Both the position numbers and the translations under genes were made by a program. Positions 24,755 through 31,871 of a stretch of DNA of 31,871 bases are shown one piece after another (position 1 is the first letter of the stretch; each line of letters begins with the position of its first letter). Source of the stretch: Macrostomum lignano (lineage: Eukaryota). Below the pieces are notes generated by a model. That model searched no databases and was not told the DNA's origin. It was given only the letters and a program-made list of their open reading frames with translations. Where the stretch lies: NCBI GenBank assembly GCA_002269645.1, contig NIVC01004905.1:1-31871 (forward strand). The letters run 5' to 3'.

Positions 24755-24822
24755 TAGGACAATTGGCACAGAGGGAGGCCTCTGTGGCGCCACCCCCACG
24801 GGAAGGGTGTCCTATTGACGAC
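24755..24822 (-). ncRNA. Predicted HDV-like (CPEB3-type) self-cleaving ribozyme at the LINE 5' end
   Basis: GUCGUC AA UAGGACA CCC UUCCCGU GGG GGUGGC GC CACAGAGG CCUC CCUCUGUG CCAAU UGUCCUA parses as P1, P2, P3, L3, P1.1, P4, J4/2 in the correct nested order. Folded by eye; activity untested. Confidence 0.8.
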
Positions 24823-24835
24823 TGCTGGGGCTGCT

Positions 24836-25010
24836 GGTACACGTGGTGATGGTGTTGTGGCTGGCCCAGGCTGTTCTGCTCCAAGCACCGGCGCACCTCG
24901 TCGGTCACCGCGCGAATCATCTCGTTGTAGGTCGGTCTGGTTGCTGAATTGTCTGAGCCCGCGACGTCGGCTGTCGCGTCCGCGGCCGTTGAATTAGTTG
25001 CTGAAGCCAT
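24836..25010 (-). CDS. gag: Gypsy gag N-terminus (ATG at 25010), separated from the rest of gag by the LINE
   Basis: Removing the LINE and one TSD copy restores ...HVYQQPQQ-QDRAPAPKLVKIQRY in frame. Confidence 0.85.
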
Positions 25011-25059
25011 AGCATTGTAGTTTCTAAATGACTCGTCAAATGGATTGTGGTGTTTCGAT

Positions 25060-25079
25060 ATCCCACTTAGCTGACACCA
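25060..25079 (-). promoter_or_regulatory. Primer-binding site complementary to the tRNA-Leu 3' end, with a 2-nt insertion
   Basis: TGGTGTCAG-CT-AAGTGGGAT, 1 nt from the LTR end; metazoan tRNA-Leu(CAA/CAG) ends ATCCCACTTCTGACACCA (recalled, not searched). Confidence 0.8.
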
Positions 25080-25535
25080 ATGAGGTGGGGCGGGGAAAGT
25101 TTTTAGGGAGATTTGGTAGTTGGTGGGATTGTCCGGTGGTCGCTTGATTTAATGTCGAGTATGAGCAGCTCAGGCCTTCGAATCGGCGCTATTGTTAATT
25201 CGCACAGATTAAATCCGGAAAATCCGTGTGGACGAATCCCAGTTAAAATGTCTCGTAGATACTCCGACTGCCGGGGTCCTCAATCCCGGGGGGAGGGTAG
25301 TTTTAGTCGTAGGTGAACAGTCTTCGTTGGCGCAAGCATTCAGAGTGGGTCCTCAGATACCAAATTTATCGTATCTCGAATGTTTGACTTAACTTGTTAC
25401 TAACAGTGGAGTAGAGCTGCCACCACCATAATTCGCGTATTATGGAACGTTAGGGTCTCAGAGCTTGCTTCGAGATGAGACTGGGTTGTTTTACGCCCCA
25501 CGGGCAAATGACTCAAAATAAGCTAGGCTTTGGGT

Positions 25536-25663
25536 CATACATGCGCAACCTTGGGAATGAGGCAACACATGTAAGTCGTATTGGCTGAGAGCAGTCAACT
25601 ACTATTCCGTTAGCGACTTACATGTAATAGAAACGGCCGAGTGAATCAAGGTTGCGAAGCATG
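25536..25663. mobile_element. 128-bp MITE inserted in the 5' LTR, 8-bp TSD
   Basis: Absent from the 3' LTR (empty site CTTCGGGT); TSD CTTTGGGT at 25528-25535 and 25664-25671; imperfect TIR CATRCWT(G)CGCAACCTTG. Confidence 0.9.
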
Positions 25664-25704
25664 CTTTGGGTTATTAATGAGAAAATTAATGTTAGATCAA
25701 CTGT

Positions 25705-25710
25705 TTTATT
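25705..25710 (-). terminator. Candidate LTR polyadenylation signal AATAAA
   Basis: Conserved in both LTRs (also 10609-10614), downstream of the TATA box in element orientation. Confidence 0.55.
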
Positions 25711-26032
25711 AAGAGTTCAGTGACAGGATACTAAGTTAATAAGTTCAACGGAGGAAATAGCTTGGCGTGTGTGCGAAATCAACTAAGAGTAGCAAATAGT
25801 AGAGGGGACCAAACTCTACTCCAGCGGATGATTGGCTAGTACCGCAGTGCACGACTGGATAAAATAAACGACTTAACGCTAGTTGTAAATAAGTTTGGCG
25901 GATTAAATATTAGTTGTTAAATTGAATGGGGAGAGAGAGAGCGAGGGCGGGCAAAAGAAGGGGGCAAGGAGAAAGAAAACAAAAAAAACCTTAAAGAATT
26001 AAAGAAAAAATTGGGCAGCTCCAGGGGCACCA

Positions 26033-26039
26033 TTATATA
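26033..26039 (-). promoter_or_regulatory. Candidate LTR TATA box TATATAA
   Basis: About 355 nt from the U3 end and upstream of AATAAA; present only in the 5' LTR. Confidence 0.55.
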
Positions 26040-26487
26040 GAGATTGAAAATGCAAAAGATGGACAAATGAGGTCAAACATTGGTGGCAAAAGGTGGTCAC
26101 GGGGTCCAAGCAATGAACAGACAAAATTAACACGGAAAGATAGGGCGATAAACAAAGTTTCCAAAGGAGGGACACGAAAGACCAGAAAAAGGAGCGGGAA
26201 AACCATTGCAAGAATGGGGAAAACTGACGGAATAAACCAACAACTGGGGCACAGGGTGGACACAGAGGACCAAAAACTGGGACAGCGGGAATGGGTCAAA
26301 AGGTGGTTTAATAAGTCACGTAAAATAATATTAAATTTAGAAACTAAAATAATAAAGTTCATTGGATTGTTAGTGGCAGCCCCCAACTGCCACAATATGA
26401 TTATAAAATAGGCTTATAAGAATAACTATATTATCTGTAAAATTATCAAGACTATGGCTATGCCTATATTAGAACATTGCTTTGCCA

Positions 26488-27064
26488 CCAGGTTGCGGAT
26501 AGTATGCATGTACACTGGAACTTTTCAGCATACAAAACCGCCACCCTAAGTCCTTGGCGTACACAATTGGCATATACAACCCCTGGCAAACTTTGTTGGT
26601 GTACACTATTGGCATACACAAGTAACACAGCCACGTATACTTTTTGGTGTACAAATTTTGGTGAATAAATTCATGCCATGCATGAAAATTATAATGTAAA
26701 TTAACGTTTTTACATAAACTAACAAAAAATTTGTATTGTCAGTGATAAAATTTTTGCTTCTTTGAAATTAACAATGAATAAATTTAGTGTAAACTTTTGC
26801 TAAGAGTATCAATTTTGCATTATATTTTTTGTAGGTATAATTTAAGTTTGTTTAAATTGAAAATATTCATAATATTTTAAAAACACTTTTAATACAAAAG
26901 CCTTTCTAAAAAAACTCTACTTGTGAAAAACCATATTACCTTTGTTAGGAATTTTTGGTGTATATTTTATTAGTGCAACATTTTGTTTTTGGCATACATT
27001 GGCGTACAAAGTCCTTGACGCCCGAATTTGTCCAGCGTACACGGATACATGATCTGCACACTGG
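26488..27064. mobile_element. Older MITE (577 bp), degenerate ~33-bp TIR, 8-bp TSD, related to the 9377-9967 element
   Basis: TSD CTTTGCCA at 26480-26487 and 27065-27072; TIRs start CCAG and match at about 24/33; repeated TTGG(C/T)(G/A)TACA near both ends. Confidence 0.75.
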
Positions 27065-27152
27065 CTTTGCCATAATACTTTGCTTTAATTTTTATAATGT
27101 ATTTAAGGCCTTTTCTCAGAAACTCAAACTTGTTTGCCCTATCACGTCTGAG

Positions 27153-28210
27153 ATGCAATCTCTAAATGAAGAGCAGCGGCATAGACTAGTTATAAAATAT
27201 AAAATTAAGCACCTTGGGCTAAGCAACAATGCAATTGCAAAATATTTTGCTGAGCTCAATGTCCCAAGATCAACCATTTATATAATTCTAGATTGCTACT
27301 CAGTAACTGGAGAAGATACTGTGTTATGGAAAAAGGGGTCAAGACAACCAGCTACCAAGGTCACTGCCACTTTGATAGAAAAGATGTCAATATGTCAGGA
27401 TGGGTCTGTCCTAGCGCAAAATTGCATGCAAATATGACATCAGCCAGCTGTAAGTCAATGAGATTCTCAAGAAGCAGGGACTGATTGCATACAAGAAAAA
27501 AAGTGCATTTGTGTTGTTGGAGTAGAAAGACTGCCAGCGTGTGAGGATTGATAGGTTCTACTGTGCTATGCTAATAGGAGATGACGGCAGACTGGACATT
27601 GTAATGGACAGTGAATCATACTTCTCTTTGTCATCCAATGTCATCCCTAGTAACAGGTTCTATTATGCAACAGCTCAAGGTGATGCACCATTGCACCTGA
27701 TAAGGTCAGGTGTTCACCCAGCAAGAAATTTGAGGCCAAGTCTTGGTCTGGCTGGCCATCAGCAAGAAGGGCATGTCCAAGGTCTTCTTCTGCCATGGTA
27801 GCTCAATGAACAAAGAGATCTATATAAGAGAGTGCATTCACAAGCGTCTATTGCCATTTATTAAAGAGCAGCATGCTGATAGCAACTACCTGTTCTGGCC
27901 TGACCTGGCAAGCTATCACTATGCTTGTGATGTTATTGACACATTTCAAAAGGAAGGTGTCAATTTTGTCAGCAAGGAGCTCAATCCTCTCAATGTACCA
28001 TAGCTGTGACCACTTGAGAACTTCTGGGAGATGTTGAAGCAAAAGGTTTGCCATCACAATTGGATGGCAGACAGTCTGGAATAGCTGGAAAATTGCATTC
28101 GCCACTGCCTCCGCCAGGTGGATCTGCACTGTGTACAGGAGATAATGACCAATGTCAAGTCCCAGATTCGCCAAGCTCAGGCTAATGGTATTGAAGCTGT
28201 TTGGCAATGA
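27153..28210 (+). pseudogene. Tc1/mariner-superfamily transposase, DD37E (ITmD37E-like), decayed
   Basis: HTH-like N-terminus (VPRSTIY); IVMDSESYF; VWLAISKKG; FWPDLASYHY followed by exactly 37 residues to PLENFW; stops TAG/TGA at the expected Q/R positions, plus frameshifts. TIRs not identified. Confidence 0.88.
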
Positions 28211-28624
28211 GCCAGACAATCCCTTATATATTTAACTAAATCCAAGTTAAAAAACATGCATTCAATTTGTTAATTGTTGTCTTACTAAAAATAAAAATGT
28301 CCATATTTTACCAATCACAGAAATATCACTATTTAAATTATGATCTTAAACTAGACCCTAGGCAAGACCTAATATTAATTATTATATCAATTATTGAAGA
28401 ATATATTTAATAATTATTTGTTAATGGCAATTCTTGCTCCCTGCTAAGTCTTTGAACTATCTTACTTTATACATTTTTAGTCATATAACATGGTTATGAA
28501 TGCCTAATTGTTAAAATATAACCAAAATGTTGAAATGATTTTTGATGAATTTAAAATTTGAAATTAAAATCAAAATTATTTCAATGCAAAATTCATAGGT
28601 TTGAAACTTAAAGTATCTATTCAG

Positions 28625-28862
28625 AGCCATAGCCACATTTAAAGCTACAGCCATATTAATATCTATAGCCATATTCATATCTATAGCCATATTGCCCATA
28701 TATCTATAGCCATATTCATATCTATAGCCATATTCATTTATATGGCTATGTCATTCATTTATATTCCTTTCATTTTCATATTCATAGCATATTCATATGG
28801 CTATGGCTAAATCATTCATTTATATATAGCCATATTAATATATATAGCCATATTCATATCTA
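28625..28862. repeat. Degenerate ~18-bp tandem repeat (TATAGCCATATTCATATC)
   Basis: Recurrent tatagccatatt units with an inverted tatggcta stretch in the middle. Confidence 0.75.
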
Positions 28863-28916
28863 CGCCGAATAGCGGATCCAACTGTGAGGCGGCACTGCGA
28901 TTCCGGTAACTTTCAG

Positions 28917-29071
28917 TCCAGCATGACCGAAGCCATGGCTGATACGAACTCTGCTGCGCCGCCGCTGCTGCCTAGGTCAAGGACAACCCATTTAACAATA
29001 GCGCTTGACGATGACGGAGATAACATTGGCGATCGAGATGCTGGAGGTGCTGCGTTTTCATCGAAAGAGCA
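28917..29071 (+). CDS. Upstream exon of a RABGAP1-like gene (ATG at 28923 if this is the first coding exon)
   Basis: TTTCAG acceptor-like site ending at 28916; GTGAGT donor at 29072; the phase-2 junction joins in frame (CA|A = Gln) to the PTB exon. Confidence 0.6.
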
Positions 29072-29195
29072 GTGAGTTTCGGGTGTTTTTTTGCTACATT
29101 TGCTTAACGTCTCTTAGAGCAAAGATGCTATATTACTGTAATGTAGAGGTAACTACATGTATGTAATGTATGCTGTAATGTAGGCGTCACTCAAT

Positions 29196-30012
29196 CTGGA
29201 TTTATCCCACTCCTACAGATAAGTATCTAGATTTATCCCACTACTATAGAGATGAGGATCTAGATTCATCCCACTTCTATAAGGATGAGGGCCTAGATTC
29301 ATCCCACTCCTATAGAGATGAGCATATAGATTTATCCCACTCCTATAGAGATGAGGATCTAGATTTATCCCACTTCTATAAAGGTTGAGGATCTAGATTT
29401 ATTCCACTCCAATAGCGATGAGGATCTAGATTTATCCCACTGCTACAGGGATGAGGATCTATATTTATCCCACTGCTATAGGGATGAGGATCTAGATTTA
29501 TCCCACTGTTATTAGGGATGAGGATCTAGATTTATCCCACTGCTATAGGGATGAGGATCTAGATTTATCCCACTTCTACAGATGAGGATCTAGATTTATC
29601 CCACTACTATAGGGATGAGGATCTAGATTTATCCCACTGCTATAGGGATGAGGATCTAGATTTATCCCACTGCTATAGGGATGAGGGTCTAGATTTATCC
29701 CACTGCTATAGGGATGAGGATCTAGATTTATCCCACTGTTATTAGGGATGAGGATCTAGATTTATCCCACTCCTATAGAAATGAGGATATAAATTTATCC
29801 CACTCCTATAGAGATGAAGATCTAGATTTATCCCACTGTTATTAGGGATGAAGATCGAGATTTATCCCACTGTTATTAGGGATGAGGATCTAGATTCATC
29901 CCACTCCTATAGAGATAAGGATATAGATTTATCCCACTCCTATAGAGATGAAGATCTAGATTTATCCTACTCCTATAGCGACGAGGATCTAGATTTATCC
30001 CACTGCTATAGT
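29196..30012. repeat. Intronic 33-bp minisatellite (GATGAGGATCTAGATTTATCCCACTGCTATAGG), about 24 copies
   Basis: Head-to-tail units; 11-aa periodicity DEDLDLSHSYR. Confidence 0.95.
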
Positions 30013-30260
30013 GATGGGTATCAGCCTCAATAATTGCTGTTCGTGTATAAAAATTGGCCTATCGTGGCTTGCTGTTGCAATTCTCGCCCATGTAGGGCCA
30101 ACCCCCAAACTCACAGAGGTTTGTACACTACTGGCGATAAAAATAAGCCAGAGCCGCTGATAATGTACACCCTGTGTGAGCGCCTGTACCTGAGTACTTT
30201 TTTGAGCTATCTATGTGCCTTATCTATCTATATAATATGGAATATCGTGGCGGTGTACAG

Positions 30261-30725
30261 AGATATCGAAGAAGCTCCGGACGGTGCCAGAACTCCGACT
30301 GCTTCTTCGTTGAACCTGGACAGCGGCGGCCAGGAGGGCATCAGCTATTGCGACATGCTCTACCTCGGCTCTGTGTCGGTGTCTCGAGCTCGTGACGAAG
30401 ACGAAATCCAGCGCTATTTGAGCCAGTGCGACACTGCCCAGGCTAAACCGGCTAGCATATTTGTGCCGTACACTAACCGGGGCAGCGTGCGGGTGCTGGA
30501 CCAGTCCGATAAGCGGCTGCTATTAGAAGAGCACCCGGTCACGTCTATAGCTTACTGTTGCGTTGGCCGTGGCCACGGCTTGATTAAACGTTTCGCTTTC
30601 ACTGTTAGCGAGGCTATGAAATCTGGCGAACTGCAGCAGCAGCAACAGCAGCGAGTTGTGATGCTGTACGCTCCATCCGATGCAGCAGCTTTGTCTGTTG
30701 TTAACCAGATGGCTCAAGCGTTTCG
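30261..30725 (+). CDS. RABGAP1: Exon encoding a PTB domain of the RABGAP1/GAPCenA family
   Basis: MLYLGSVSV..R.EDE, VP..RGSVRVLD, HPV..I.YC..G, FAFT.S, AQAFR parallel the human RABGAP1 PTB as recalled (TYLGCASV, VPNVSEGIVRLLD, YPIYKILFCVRG, FAFTES, ATAFR). TACAG acceptor (weak pyrimidine tract); GTTAGT donor at 30726. Confidence 0.7.
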
Positions 30726-30909
30726 GTTAGTTGCTTAACTATTAATATTTGTTTATGTATATGCCCAAGGAATTGGGATAATCGAGGATTATACAGTTTT
30801 TAGGGAAGTGTGATAATTGAAGATTATCAATGTCGTAATCAATCGACAATTCCTTGTATCAATTAATCAGTATCAATATCAGTATCAGTATCAGTATTAA
30901 TCAGTATCA

Positions 30910-31871
30910 ATCTCGGCATCAATGTCGTAGGCATATATAAGCCAAAGGAGGGGGGCGATCACGGATCCTTGCGGGAGGCCGTCCGTGAAAACTCTCCAGT
31001 TCGAGGTCGCACTGCCCCATCTAACACGTGCACGACGGTCTGCAAGGAAGTTTCTCAGGTACCGAATCAGGTGCTTGGGAATACCTAGCCGGGCCATCTT
31101 GGCGTACAGGGCTGGTCGCCACACTTTATCGTATGCCTTAGCGAAGTCCAGGAGGACGAGGATAGCTCTCTCCGGTTTTCTCTGTCGAAGGCGTCAAAGA
31201 TGGCTTGGGTAATGCGGGCGAGCTGGTCCATGGTCGAGTGGCCTCGTCGGAAACCCGCTTGGTTCTGGTTGAGGAGGCCTCTGGTGTCCAGCCAGTGATA
31301 GAGTCTGTTTGTAAGAGGCGCTCCATGAGTTTGCTGACGCAGCTAAGGAGAGATATAGGTCGGTAGGAGCTAGTGGCGCTCGGGTCTTTGTCTTTTTTCA
31401 GGATGGCGATGATTTCGGCCGCCCGGCGCCAGGCAGTTGGACTGAGCCAGTGAGCCAGCTACGGTTTAGTAGTTCCAGGAGGGCGTTCCGGCCTGCGTCG
31501 CCGAGTTGTTTGAGGAGTTCGTTGCAGACGCCGTCGGTTCCTGGTGATTTGCCAGTCTTGAGTTGATGGATCGCGACGTTGAGTTCGCCGATATTGAAAG
31601 GGCTGCAGATCTCCGTCCTCAGTCCATTGCAGGGGCAGTCGTTGGTGTTGCTCGCCTTGTGTGCCTCGATGACGACGGGTCTGTCTTCTGGTCTAGACTT
31701 TGGGAGCCGGGAGACCGTCGCGTAGTCGGCGCAGAATAGTTCGGCTTTCTCTTTATCCGTGATGGCTTTGGCGGGTGGATTCCCGGGATCATGGTTCTTG
31801 TAAAGATAGTCGAGGGGTGGCGGTCGGTCGTCGGCCGTCTTGGATCTTGATGAGGCGCCATAGACTGTCAT
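30910..31871 (-). mobile_element. Second copy of the Ingi-like LINE, 3'-truncated within RT, running off the window edge; antisense within the RABGAP1-like intron
   Basis: Matches about 22188-23150 with very few substitutions and several 1-3 nt indels. Confidence 0.95.

Larger units (their letters stand above)
20281..24822 (-). mobile_element. Full-length Ingi-like (I-group) non-LTR retrotransposon nested in gag
   Basis: TSD CTGCTGGGGCTGCT at 20267-20280 and 24822-24835 (13 bp if 24822 is element G1); 3' tail AGAAAAGAA immediately after the stop codon; single-ORF domain set. Clade assignment rests on architecture, not phylogeny. Confidence 0.93.
10116..26394 (-). mobile_element. Full-length decayed Ty3/Gypsy LTR retrotransposon with nested insertions
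   Basis: Two homologous TG...CA LTRs (10116-11165, 25081-26394); 4-bp TSD ATAT (10112-10115, 26395-26398); PBS next to the 5' LTR; gag-PR-RT-RH-INT domain order on the minus strand. Confidence 0.96.
25081..26394 (-). repeat. 5' LTR (1314 bp including a MITE insertion)
   Basis: TG...CA ends; adjacent PBS; followed by the ATAT TSD. Confidence 0.94.

Noticed and set aside
25050-25079. tRNA gene
   Set aside because: Only the 3'-terminal 18 nt including CCA match; explained as the PBS.
26395-28330. Terminal inverted repeats for the DD37E element
   Set aside because: No convincing TA-flanked inverted pair found; element boundaries left undefined.

Overview
Repeat-rich eukaryotic (most likely invertebrate metazoan) genomic DNA; no prokaryotic features. 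1-6.4 kb is micro- and minisatellite arrays. 10116-26394 is a complete but decayed Ty3/Gypsy LTR retrotransposon on the minus strand (TG...CA LTRs, ATAT target-site duplication, tRNA-Leu-like PBS). It carries an unexplained 215-aa ORF in the env position, duplicated in tandem with part of the 3' LTR. Nested in its gag is a full-length Ingi-like LINE (13-14 bp TSD) with a single ORF: 2A-like peptide, PHD, APE, RT, RNase H, CCHC. The first 68 nt of the LINE fold by eye into a complete CPEB3/HDV-type ribozyme whose G1 sits on the insertion junction. Also present: three MITEs with 8-bp TSDs (two related, with unusual CC...GG termini), a DD37E Tc1/mariner pseudogene, two spliceable exons of a RABGAP1-like PTB-domain host gene, and a second, 3'-truncated copy of the LINE. 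All calls were made by eye, without alignment software or database searches.
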